A DNA stretch of 64,000 nucleotides from Paraspadella gotoi (lineage: Eukaryota > Animalia > Chaetognatha): NCBI GenBank assembly GCA_051294375.1, contig CM119268.1, positions 10,751,538 through 10,815,537 on the forward strand, in the 5' to 3' direction. Position numbers and translations under genes: made by a program. Under the pieces are notes generated by a model. It was not told the DNA's origin and did not search any database. It saw only the letters and a list, made by a program, of their open reading frames with translations. The first letter of the stretch is position 1, and each line of letters starts with the position of its first letter. This document shows positions 12,206 through 24,700 of the stretch, one piece after another.

Positions 12206-12550
12206 CTGTTGGGGTCAAAAGAGGAAAGTTTTTCTAATCATAAACCAATATAATCCTTTATATTGCATTAGTACACATTAACGTTAATTGTCATTCTTCA
12301 AAAATGCTAATTTTAAAATACAGTTAAATTGTATAGAACCCACTTTCAATAGCTAGAAAAAAGTCGATTATCAATTGATGAAGTGTTTTCCAGCTCTAAA
12401 ATTATAAAATTTTTTTCTCCATTAAAAAAAGAGAAAAAGGAGAATGCGATCAGGTCTGCTCTGAAATCACGCCCCCCCTTCTCCTAACCCTAGGCCCTCT
12501 CCTTCCCAAAACCCCCCCCGGGGGCCCCCCCCTCGCCCCCTCAGTCTCAC

Positions 12551-12657
12551 CTCCATGGTGTCCTTTCGCAAAATTTCCAAACTCGCTGCTGAAGGCTCAG
12601 GCGGAGAGTTCCACCGCGTCTCGTAGTCGCGCCGTCAGTTTCCCCGAAGAGAATATC
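12551..12657 (-). CDS. Locus A exon 3 (DILFGETDG...VWKFCERTPW)
   Basis: Acceptor ctcgcacccag| and donor GAG|GTGAGA; 107 nt open in phase 0, exits in phase 2. Confidence 0.65.
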
Positions 12658-12784
12658 CTGGGTGCGAGATGCATAGATTAAAGGAGTCGATGCAATCATT
12701 CAATCGATCAAAGCATTAATCCCGACAATCAATGCGAAAATCATATAATCAATCCAAGCAATCAATACCCCGGCAATCAATCAC

Positions 12785-12915
12785 CTGTTTGAAGTTGCAG
12801 GAAGAACTGATAGCGGGGGAAAGGTGGAAGTTCTTCACGAAGATTTTATTACAGGTTCGGCGACGGAATAGAATTTGACGGCGATAATCGAAAGTGTAGG
12901 GCGGACCGATTTCAC
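12785..12915 (-). CDS. Locus A exon 2 (GEIGPPYTFDYRRQILFRRRTCNKIFVKNFHLSPAISSSCNFKQ)
   Basis: Acceptor cttccctttag| and donor CAG|GTGATT; 131 nt, phase 1 in and phase 0 out; the other two frames contain stops. Confidence 0.7.
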
Positions 12916-13279
12916 CTAAAGGGAAGATGTATGACAATATATTAAATCAAAAGCGGAATATCCTAACAAATTGATAAATTCGTTTATCGACAACAGTCGA
13001 AGTTTTTTCGTCTCAACCAGCACCGGCATACCCGGGTTCAATGCCCCAGTAATGCCGGTAAGAAATCAAAGTTTTAAATTTTTAAAGCGAATGTTTAAAC
13101 AGGATTGCGGTTATAAAAAGGGAAGAGAAAGGCTCTAACCAAGAGATGCCCCCTAGATAGAAGACAGAGGCGCGATTCCACCGTATGCCAATTGAGAGAG
13201 GAAAGGAGAGATGAATGATATCGCAGAGAGAAAAGCTTGAGCCCAGACAGAGGATTCACGACGACAAGAGGCCTTTCAC

Positions 13280-13580
13280 CTGCGTTCTTGATCCGTTCTT
13301 TCGTAGGGATCCAGCCAATGAGGAGGACGTTCCCAGCTGTCCGTGATTGAGAGACCAAAGGTAATCCTTCTCGATAATATCGCAAGTTGGCAAATTGGCG
13401 CGGTTGATCAAACATCCTGACACCAAAAGGACTTTCTTGGGGATGAAGCAAGTTGACGTCCGAGTCGATCGGAGCATGGATGACCTGCGACAGCTCGAAG
13501 AAAGTTATTCTTGTCGCAGCGTGGCGTCGTAGTCTTTCCCGCGCTTGGATCCGAGTCGAGAAAGTTTTGAAAAAGGCCAT
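13280..13580 (-). CDS. Locus A exon 1 (putative first coding exon), unknown N-terminal region MAFFKTF...NVLLIGWIPTKERIKNA
   Basis: ATG at 13580; 301 nt open to donor CAG|GTGAAA (phase 1), which joins exon 2 in its only open frame. Confidence 0.6.
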
Positions 13581-16500
13581 GATGGAAAGGTTGTGGGTGG
13601 GGGAGAGTGTTGTGTTGAGGAGGGGGGGGGAGAGGGGGGGGGGGAGGTGTAGGGATCGTTTGAGGTTTTAAAATTCTTTTTAAAGAGAGAGAAGAAAAAG
13701 AGAAGAGAGAAAAGAGAAAGGAAAAGAGAAGAAAAGGGAAGATTTTGAGGAGAAAAGGTTTTGATAAACGAAGAAGAGACGTGCGAGCGTAGAAGAGCGA
13801 ATCTAGTGAGATCAAGGGGTCGCGACACATCCTTTGAGAGACCAATGAATAAAAAGAGAAACAGAGAGCGAGCGAGCGCGGATAAAGAGTGAGACCTCAA
13901 GAGAATTTGAGAGCGAGAAAGACGACCAAAGGCTAGCAGACAGGACTTGGCTCCGATAGAGAGCAACTAAGCGCGAATAGAGGGCCCGCCGAGCCGGCGA
14001 TAGAGAGCAACTAGCGCGGAGCGATCGCAGAGTTTTTTCATCTGCGCGCAAGAAAGAAAACTCCGGCGTCGTGCGCTCGCCTGCACAATCTAACGTCGAT
14101 GGAGCGACGAGAGATGGAAACAGGGCGATCGAGGATGGAGAAGCGAGGAGAAATGACGGGCGAGAGGCGAATGATGCTAAGAGCACGGGGCAAAAGGCGG
14201 GCAAAGGCGGACGAGGGAGGAAGGCGAAGGAAGACCAATTTTCGAAAAAGAAAAGATTGAAGGCAGAGGAAAAATCCGGAAATTGAAGACGAAGAATCAG
14301 TAGGCTATTAGACACTACGGTCTCTGTCTCTGTCTGTCGTTCTCGTCTCTCTCTCTCATCACTCTCTCGTCTCCGGTTTTTGGAGGAGAAGAACGATCCA
14401 GTCTCCGATCCAGTTTAAAATGCTGAGGAGCGATGTACGCCAGAGGATTATTTAGCTAGTCAAACATGGATAGAACGCGAAGAGTGTTTTTAAATATTGC
14501 GAAAAGTCCCAATGAGTCCATACAGAAATTCGTTGCCCGAATCGAAGGCGAGCAGTAATATTCTCTGGGTGAATTTTAATCTTCCCACAAAAACTGAAAT
14601 AATTTTATTTTTTTCATTATATTACATAATGAAACATCTGAAAAGAAAAAAAAAATTGGTAAGTCTTGTGCAACTTATCAATCCCGTAATTAACCATGGA
14701 GAAGGAGATGAGGATTGAGAGCGGAGCTAGCGGCCATTAAAAAGAAGAGGCATTAAGGAGTTCACATATCAGTCAGCGGTGAATCGAGAATAGAGCTCAA
14801 CAGAGTATATGCTAAATTTGGCGAGTTGAGCCGTGTAGTGCCGAAAAAACACTATATGGAGTTAGAATTATCTGATGATATAAATCCTGTTCACGATCTC
14901 CGCTATATCACCTGTACGTGTCTCAATATGATTATTCCCCTTATGTATCTTAACTTTTAAAGAATGATTGATTTCAATTTCTATTTTTTTATTATTATTA
15001 GGATAACCGAGATGTATTTAAACACATTAGTTTTTCGTTTAACACTTTCTCAGTTAATTCCGTTTTTTCGTCTTTTACATTCTGCACGGAATTGAAATTT
15101 GTGATTAAGGACGTCCATATTCGCGACTGAACTTCAGCCCTAAAAAAGAAATTCCTTCGTTTTACTCCCTAAACAACTAATGAAAGTTAATGCGGTGAGG
15201 AGAAAATGTACGGAAAAAAACTAATGACACGATATTGACAAACATTAACAATATACATCTGCATATTCTCTATAAATTCCCTTATTAATTGTCTTTTAAG
15301 CTCGCGCTAAGATTAAATGCCTTTTTTTATATTTTAGATCCGGTTTAATACATTTGTACCAAATAGTTGAAGATCTCTAACTTTTTTAATTGCTTTCTCA
15401 ACTCAAACTCGATTTAAGACATGTGCAGGATATATTAGGTGACTGTGATCATTTTGGTTTGGCAAAGCTATTCAAGGGGTGCAATTACGTATGAAGACAC
15501 CTTTTCTCGAGTCAACTCGAACATCATGGTTCTCCTTTTATAATTAGGGCATATCAAAAGCGATTTATTCAAAATAAATGACTTTGGAGATTATTGTACG
15601 AAAAATACTAAGCCGCTTTCTGTAAATCAAGCCGACCCTATTGGGAGCCTAAGCAGACTTTCTCGGCAGTAAACGTTCAAATGAGTTTGCACATGTATCA
15701 ATATTCAAATCGTATTAAAACTGGTGCTAACGAAAGCGACGGGTTAAGCAAAGCATATATATCCCGGGATATATATTCAAATGGTCAATATTATTAAATT
15801 TACTCTTATAACATATAGACATTATCCCACCGGCAGGGGAAGTTAACACACTTTCCCTTTTTTCTCCTTATTTCTCCGATAAAGACGCGACTAAAAAGAA
15901 AATATCCCGCCGGTGTCGGGCGTAGTAAGTCGTACAGATCTTTGGCAGGGAAAGGTGCCGCGCGGCAGAGCGGAGGGGGGAGGTGGGAGAACCGAGAGTC
16001 TAATCGACCAGGAGAACGAAAAAAAAACCGATCTGAAGAGTGTGAATGAAGTCAAACTTTCGAGGAGATAGGGGAAGAGTCGAAGGAGCTGACTCTACTA
16101 AGCTCCTAGCGGATGTTCTCTCTAAGAGCCCTGGGTGGCACACCGGAGATGGCAGAGATAGGCGTTTCGGGCACGAGGATAAAAAAACCCTAATGCGGTG
16201 ACATCAGACCTTCAAAAAGATACATACTTTGCACGGAAATTCAAATCGCATAAGCGCAAAGTCGATGAACTTCCGAGGAGATTTGCATTCCAAATCAAAA
16301 AACAGCAGTATCACCGCTTCTAGTTATCTCTGTATACATAAACAGCGGAGAATTAAACCAATAATTCAGTATAAAAAGAAACATTCATCTAATGACTTGG
16401 ATTTAGTCTCGGATTGTCGCACTTTCGAGAATTAAAAACCACACAAAATATGTAGAAGACTAACTGTCTATGTGCTAAGAAACGGCTACCAGGAAGACAT

Positions 16501-17985
16501 ACTGTAATGTAATAATTGTAAATACTATCGCTACCTAAAGTAAATCAAAGGCTATAAAAGAATTGTTATTTAGTCTTCATCCCAAATCTTTAAAAAACAA
16601 CTTACATTCCATCTAAAAGAAAAAGATGGAATCCTGGATTGAGGATTTTTAATTTTTTCATGGTATATATATATAATGCTCTCTACTCCTCTCTGAAAAG
16701 AAGGAAAATTCTTCGATCATGAAGTATATTTAACCTACCGATACAGTTTTGCCTTCTTTTTCTTCGCGACGACTGCTTTATAAGGAAAAAAAGCCACAGA
16801 ACGGTCTAGAGGGTAAAAGAATTTAGGAACGAGGTAACTTCCGGGAGCTAATGAATAATAAGACTATATGAATTTATGAGCTAGATATTATATCTAAAGT
16901 ACGATCTGTGTATATGTTACGTTTTATAAAGGGCTGAGCAAAAGAGCATTTCGAGCGTTTGCAGTGGCAAACGCTGTATATTCAGATATAAGGAAAAAAT
17001 CGCTGTGCGTGTTTGAAATTTTCAAGAGCGTAGAATTACTCACGTTCGGTCAATAAACAGTTTTCGAGTGTTATTTTAGGTTATAAAATTAAAATACAGG
17101 TTTGTTGCATGATTGGAAAAGATGGTGACTATTTTAAAGTTGTCGTTTGTTCTCGCTAACATCGTAGTCCGATAATTAAACTCAAAACTCTAAGTACTTA
17201 TTGATTCCCGGAAATCGGATTTTGCGGCCTTTATAATCACACAACGAACGGAAAAAATTTTGCTTTTATTCATAAAAAATGTAGTTAGCGTTCTGTTGCA
17301 GCCAGCAGAAACGACGAACAGCTCTATGAAAATAAGAGGCGGACGGAAAGCAGAGCGACAAAAAAAAGCAAGCGACGAGCCGAATAAATCGGGCGAGGAA
17401 AACGTTAAGGCAAGAAAAAATATGAAGAGTAAGTTTGCGGCGGCGTAGCGAGATAATAATATCTTATCGTAGGACACTTACATATTCAAAAAACCGTAAT
17501 ACTTGTAAGTGAGGGCCATACAGATTAATACCTTGGCAAGGTGGTGCTATAAGCCTGGGAAAGAGATTGTTTGTTATACTTGCATTTGGGATTTTGCTTC
17601 CTGGTTTATAAACTTAAGAATTCCCATAATATATTAAAAAAGTTACTTTTACACGATTAATTTTACAAAAAATTCACTTGATTGGCGGAACTTTTTTCGA
17701 ATTCTACGTCCAGGAACATCCGATTTCTATTTTCGGTCGAGAGACGAAACTAATTTTTATCTCTAATTCTAAAAAAAAAAAAGTGTTTAGTTGCGCCAAT
17801 AAAGGTATTTAATGTTGCTAAATGGAATCGATATAAAGAAGAGATCGTCTCGTCTTGATTTCGTCGTCGGGCTCGTCGGTCGATGGTCGTCGTCGTCACA
17901 GATTGAGCGCAGNNNNNNNNNNNNNNNNNNNNNNNNNCGTCGTCGTCGTCGTCGTCCCACGTTGAGCCAAAGCTCGAAACACTAA

Positions 17986-18106
17986 TCGTTCCTTAAATCC
18001 CTTTCATTGCTGCTTTCCTGGCATTATTGTCTTTGATGTCTTTGATGTCTTTGATGTCTTTGATGTCTTCCCGTTCCTTAAATCCCCATCATTGCTGTCT
18101 TTCTGG
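17986..18106. repeat. ~35-bp direct repeat flanking (TCTTTGATG)x4
   Basis: CGTTCCTTAAATCCC..TCATTGCTG.CTTTC occurs twice around a 9-bp tandem array. Confidence 0.8.
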
Positions 18107-18982
18107 ATGTGAACGCCTGCGAATGTGAACGCGAAAGGAAACGTGAAATGAGTTTTATTTTCTTCTTCTTCTTGATCTCATTTGTTGGCAAAAGATACGA
18201 GAGGCAAATCGAGAGCTTAGAATAAATTATTTTGTTTTTTTAATTAATCGCACTGTTATGAAGAGAAACAGAAGCGCGGGGAAAAATTATGAAAAAAAAT
18301 TAGTATTTTTAATAAAAGAACTAATATGTAAATTTTAAGTCGAGGACCCTCGTGAGATTAAAAATCAATTCACATTCGGACTATTATTTTTTTCTCACAG
18401 TCCGATGCATTCGTTCTCACATTTGGCNNNNNNNNNNNNNNNNNNNNNNNNNNNNNNNNNNNNNNNNNNNNNNNNNNNNNNNNNNNNNNNNNNNNNNNNN
18501 NNNNNNNNNNNNNNNNNNNNNNNNNNNNNNNNNNNNNNNNNNNNNNNNNNNNNNNNNNNNNNNNNNNNNNNNNNNNNNNNNNNNNNNNNNNNNNNNNNNN
18601 NNNNNNNNNNNNNNNNNNNNNNNNNNNNNNNNNNNNNNNNNNNNNNNNNNNNNNNNNNNNNNNNNNNNNNNNNNNNNNNNNNNNNNNNNNNNNNNNNNNN
18701 NNNNNNNNNNNNNNNNNNNNNNNNNNNNNNNNNNNNNNNNNNNNNNNNNNNNNNNNNNNNNNNNNNNNNNNNNNNNNNNNNNNNNNNGAGAGAGAGAGAG
18801 AGAGAGTAAAAAAGAGAGCCAGCCGATGAGCGCGAGCGAGGCATGGCGAAGTAGGTCTGAAATGACCTTCATTTAAGGATTATTAGACGAAGCACTAAAT
18901 TATTTCCCATTGGCTCGGAGCGACTTTCTGCGCTCCGTTTGTCACCGTTCCCTCCGTCGTCGTCGTCGTCGTCTTCTTCTTC

Positions 18983-19439
18983 TTAGTCGTCGTCATCGTC
19001 GTCATCATCGCGGTGAATGATTGACGAGGACACGAGGGAGTCGTGGTGCCACTCGGGAGACGAACTCGCCTCGACGCCGCGGTCGCGTAACGTGGAACGA
19101 GACGACGGGCGGCGGAGGTGGAAGTAGCTGGGGTGGCGAGGGTGATTGGATGAAGACGATGGAGGTGGGGGGTGGCGGAAGGGGGGGGTGAGGGAAAAGA
19201 ACTCTTCGCAGTCGGACGCGGCGCTGCGCGAAACCCGCGGGCATCTCGCCAAACTCCTTCGAGAAGTTACGATGCGCGTCAGGCGCCGCTGCGGGCGTCG
19301 ACGCCGTCGAGGACGCCGCGCCCCACTCTGCGCGGCGTATCGACTGCCCACGGCGTCTCTCTTCTATTCACGGATCCGTCACAAAATGGCCACGTCGCTT
19401 GCTCACCGCCCGATTAGCTACGGTTCCATCCATCGTTCA
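18983..19439 (-). CDS. Locus B putative terminal exon ending ...SSPEWHHDSLVSSSIIHRDDDDDDDD*
   Basis: Acceptor ctatttcag|, GC-rich block and a 122-codon ORF ending in TAA; the 5' part needs frameshifts. Confidence 0.45.
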
Positions 19440-20369
19440 CTGAAATAGTCGAAGATTCGGAATCAATGAAACATAACGAAACTCCACACAATGGGATTAT
19501 CCACTACGTCACTACCAACGTCAACACATTGCCACCACGCCAACACCACCACCAGTGCCACAACGCTATCAGCACGCCGCCACATGCGGCGTAGCTCCCT
19601 ACGGCCTTTCACGCACACTATACAGTCTCCTGCAAGCCAAGCTGTCACGCAGCTACCGCCAACGCGACTCCCGTGCCACCACTACCGCCACCACTTGCCC
19701 GGCCACCACTAACGCAGCCACCACTCCTCGCCACCACCCCGCCACCACTCCGCCAGCAACTACCGCCACGCACGCCCTTGTCCCATCCACCGGTCTAGGT
19801 TTCTTCTCTCGAAACGCGAAGTAAAAAAAATAAGTGAAGGCGGCTGATTGATGATTGCAGATTCCAACCGCGAATTTAATTAATTTTTTTTCAATTTCAC
19901 TGCGCGGCGGCGGCGGCGGCGGCGGCGGTGGCTCTCGTCTCGATCCAAAAAACGCGTCGCGCCGGGAAAAATGTCTCGGCGCCGAGTACGAAACCGGACG
20001 ATGGAGGGAGTGATTTTTTAAAAATATAAATTAATAAATTAATAATAAATATAAAAAAATATAAAAATATAAAAAATATAAAAATATAAAAAATATAAAA
20101 ATATAAAAAATTAATATAAATTAATAATTTGTATTTGGTTGAAAAAACTAAGGCAAAATAAAAAAAATGAATTGAATTTGTACACGCTTACGTATGAAAG
20201 AAAATTGAGTTAAGAAAACTAATCTGAAAAAAATTACAAATTGTTTTTAAGAAAAATAATTTATTAACGAATTTTAAATGGAACTGCAACAACAAAATTT
20301 TGTTAAAAGCGACTTACAGAACTAAAACCTTAATAGCGAAAAACGGCGCGAGTTTAAAACCGTCCATGG

Positions 20370-20403
<34 letters not shown>

Positions 20404-20734
20404 AAAAATCGCTGATCGGAATGGAAAGGAAATATAGATAGCGGGAAAAAAGAGGGAAACTGAGAACGAAAAAAATTCATCCAGAGAAAGCAAGAGAAAG
20501 AAAGAACCAGTGGCTGCGCCAATACATGTATATCACTTTCAAGGGATTAAACTGAACTGTTACTGCGGCACTAATAGCATTTTGGTACTTGCAAAAATAT
20601 CTTATAAATAAAACAATATTATTTTTATTTCGATATGTGATATATGATTAAAATGCTTTGATCAAGAAACAGAATAAGAAATAGAATAAAATAAAATAGT
20701 ATAAGAAAAAAATAATTTTTAAAAAATATTTAAT

Positions 20735-20820
20735 AAAGTTTGGAAATATTTTCGTCAACGATTTTTTTATTATATATATATATAATAAAAAAATCGTTGA
20801 CGAAAACATTTCCAAACTTT
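20735..20820. repeat. 86-bp near-perfect palindrome centred on (TA)n
   Basis: AAAGTTTGGAAATATTTTCGTCAACGATTTTTTTATTATA mirrored by TATAATAAAAAAATCGTTGACGAAAACATTTCCAAACTTT with one mismatch. Confidence 0.9.
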
Positions 20821-21185
20821 GTTAAATCTCTATACTCAACGAAGCCGAAAGGATTAACACAATGGTTAAAAAATATTAAAATAATAATTTTTACAAGATT
20901 TAGGATAATAAAAATTTTAAAAAACCATTGTTATTTTGTTGAAAAGCAGGTGCAAGTGAAGATCTAGTGGCTGCAGTCAGAAGAGCAAATTTTTATTGAA
21001 AGTAACGGGTAAATAAATGCTAATAGTAGATAAAGTAAGAGACAAATTCTCTGAGGAAAGTTAAATAAACGACCAAAAAAAAANNNNNNNNNNNNNNNNN
21101 NNNNNNNNNNNNNNNNNNNNNNNNNNNNNNNNNNNNNNNNNNNNNNNNNNNNNNNNNNNNNNNNNNNNNNNNNNNNNNNNNNNNN

Positions 21186-21222
<37 letters not shown>

Positions 21223-21491
21223 TGAGAATCGCCAAAAAAATGTGGTTTGGACAAAAACCGAGGTTAGGAGTCCCGGCCAAAGTGCCTGAGTAAAACGCTT
21301 GGCTCTCAGACTCAGCGCCCCGAACCGAAGCCAACTCGCACGGGAAATATAAAAAAAGGGACTGGACGAATCGCTTAACAACGAAACGTCCGCCAAAAAC
21401 GCTCAAACTAAATTCTATTTAAAAAAATCGCTGAAGTCGTTTCGATCCGTTTAACGCCAGAGAGAAACGTAGAATTTTCGAAAAAGCGGAA

Positions 21492-21551
<60 letters not shown>

Positions 21552-22023
21552 AACGAAAAAAAAAGAGAGAGAAGGGATATTTTTAAATTCGAACTGATTG
21601 GGATTTAATCAAATCCCTCAAAAGAGAGGAAGAGATCCTTTCAGTCTCTTTTCTTTTCTTTTTTCTTTTCTTTTCTTTTCATTTTCTCTCCATCCAATCC
21701 TGCCCCCCCCTTTTTCGAATGGTGATGGAACGAGGAGGAATGAAGTTCTGTGATGCCAACCGTCCTAGTGAAGCGCGAAAATTCCTAATGATTCCATTTC
21801 GCGTGAGTGAGTTTTGTGAATGCGATAGAACGGCGGGTGAAACTCTATGACTTTCTGCCCGACTTTTTTTTTCCTTATTTCTTTTCTTTTTTTTTTCGTT
21901 TTTCTTTTTCTCATTTTTCATTCGTTTCTCATTTTTTTTTGTTCGATCCTTTTTTCTTTTATTTCGTTCTTTCTTTNNNNNNNNNNNNNNNNNNNNNNNN
22001 NNNNNNNNNNNNNNNNNNNNNNT

Positions 22024-22058
<35 letters not shown>

Positions 22059-22848
22059 AAAAATAATAATACTTACACCGAACAGTACAATTAGTGAGTT
22101 GGAGTTCTATAGTTTTGAAGTTGTCTTATATTTCTTTCCTTATATTTAATTTCGGTTTTTGCTTCTTTTTTTTCATTTTATCCTCGCGCCACCACGAGAT
22201 TTTCCACCCTTTGGGTGATGTTGAAACAAAGCTAATGGTTTTCCGGCCGACACATTTGAGAAGGCTGAGTGGAGAATGCAGAGAGAAGGCGATAAATAGA
22301 AGAAAAAAAAAAGAGAATGAAAAGGTAAAGTAAAGATGAGATAAAATAAAAAAAAAAATACAGAACTGCGGTCCATTTGTTTTTTTTTCAGAATATTACA
22401 TTTACCTTTTAAACCATTTTAACACATTAGGCAAAAAGAGAAATAATAAAAAAACACGGAAAAATGGAAAAGAAGTCAATGAAGGCAGGGCATGGAAAGA
22501 AGTCGAGGATTGCAAAGCAGAGAGAGAAGTCAACGAATATAAAGCATAAAATTAAAATAAGGAACAGAAAGCGAAAATGACAGAAAAAGAATTGTATTAA
22601 GGGTTAGTGTATATTTGTAACAACAATCCTTAAATTGTAAAATAAAAAAAATTTTGTTTAGTACACAATATTTATTTAAATAAACACTCGCTTAGAAAAC
22701 GCAATAAAAAATACGCCACTGAGATTTCGCCGAAGTTATAAAACGTGTTGGGTGATTGTTTGAGAAAAAAAAGCAATTTGAAATTTGAAATGAAGAAGAA
22801 AACGATTTTAACTTTGATGGAGGAAATGGAGAAGAGATGGAGATAGAG

Positions 22849-22883
<35 letters not shown>

Positions 22884-23740
22884 AGAGAGACGAGAGAGAG
22901 AAAAGAAAGAAAAATATTGAAAAAAAGTGGTAAAGACCAAAAAAAAATTATTTTTCATCATTCTTTGTTTCTAATCCAATGAGAGAAGAGGAAAATATAG
23001 AAAATAATAAAGAGCAGAGAGAGAGAGAGGGAGACGAGAGAGATGAGGAGTGAGAAAAAAAAAAAGAGAAGCAAAACATTTTTTCAAGCTTCTTTCTTTT
23101 TAATCCGAGAAAGAGAGACGAGAGAGAGAGAGAGGAGAGAGATAGAGAGAGAGGAGAGAGGAGAGAGAGAGAGAGGACGAGAGAGAGAGAAACGGGAAAG
23201 ATCCAGCGAGCAAAAAGGGAAGGAAAAAAAGGAAAAACCGATTTCCTTTTTTCTTTCTCTTTTTTTTCTTTCTTTTTCTTTCGAGTCTCTCTCGCCTTCA
23301 TTCAGATTCCGCTTCTTGGTTGGAAATAGCCTTCCTTTGCCACCTCCACCGAGAGAGAGAGAATTGCAAATAAGACGGAGGGGGGGGGAGGAAAGCGAGC
23401 GAGAGAGAGGGAGAGAGAGATAGGGAGAGAAAGGGAGGGAGAGGGAAGGACAGAAAGAATTTGAAAGGATAGAAAGATTAAAGGAACCGGGGCACGTAAA
23501 TACCGTTAGCGAGTATTGTACCTAAAGGATAAGTGAAAGGGTAAATAGACACATGTACATTTAGATTGATTAGACAGATAGAAAGAGAGATTGAAAGACG
23601 GAAAAAAAAAGAAAGAAACAAACAAAACCAGAAAGAAACCAAAACAAAGAAAGAAAAATCGAAAAAAAAACAAATTCGTGTAAATCTAAACTCCCTTGAT
23701 TTCGCCAGATGCTTTTTCCCCAACGTAACTCGAAAACCAG

Positions 23741-23816
<76 letters not shown>

Positions 23817-23834
23817 GAGGTTATCTTTCCTTAC

Positions 23835-23934
23835 CCCGTCGACTGCGAGTTCGAGGTTGGGCGGGATTAACGTGAGAGGTGAGGTTTTGTGAGAATCGGC
23901 GTGAAAGACTCGAAGACTCAATTCGACGGCGAAG
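23835..23934 (-). CDS. Locus B candidate internal exon (FAVELSLRVFHADSHKTSPLTLIPPNLELAVDG or alternative frame)
   Basis: Acceptor tttttcgcctcttcag| and donor GGG|GTAAGG; 100 nt with two open frames; GC-rich island in AT/GA-rich DNA. Confidence 0.55.
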
Positions 23935-24620
23935 CTGAAGAGGCGAAAAATCCGGTCAGGGTTGGATATTTTATAAGAAGTTTGATAAATTCAAATTAAA
24001 TATTTTTTAATAAATAAATATTTATAAGTTTTTAATTAATTAAATTTAAACAAAGAAAAAGGACAAAAAAGATATAATATAAAACAAAAAAAATAAAATA
24101 ATAATAAAATTATTTGCTTTTTATTATTTTAAAGCATTAAAAATAAATAATAAATTTAAATTATTTATTTTAAAATATTTTTTAGATATAGATTCTAAGC
24201 AAATAAAAATTAAAATAATAAAAAAATATATATGTTATTATATTTATATTTAATCAAGTTTAAAAATTTTTAAATATAATTTATATTATAATTTTTATCT
24301 ACAAAATTCATTATGCCCTCGACGTAATCAGCGCGTAGCGAACGAGGTTGAGTCTTTGGAATCGAGCGAAGAATAGAAGACTTGAATTGTGTGGGAAAAG
24401 AAACAAGACGAAACAAGAGGAAACAAAAGAGAAACGAGAGAAAAAAAAAGAAAAAAAATTAGAAAAAAAAAGAAGATGAGAAATTGAAAAGAAAAGATGG
24501 AAAAGTCTGAGCGTCTCGAGTCTCCCGGATTAGGATAAGAAAGGCGAAGGAAAAGAGAAAAGAGAGAAAGCGTTTTCATTATTTTTTGAAAGAAAAACGG
24601 AAAAAAAAAGAGAGTTAATC

Positions 24621-24700
<80 letters not shown>

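Noticed and set aside
23934-23960. CTGAAGA-GGC-GAAA...GTC hammerhead-like words (similar at 2853 and 18823)
   Set aside because: No formable stems II and III.
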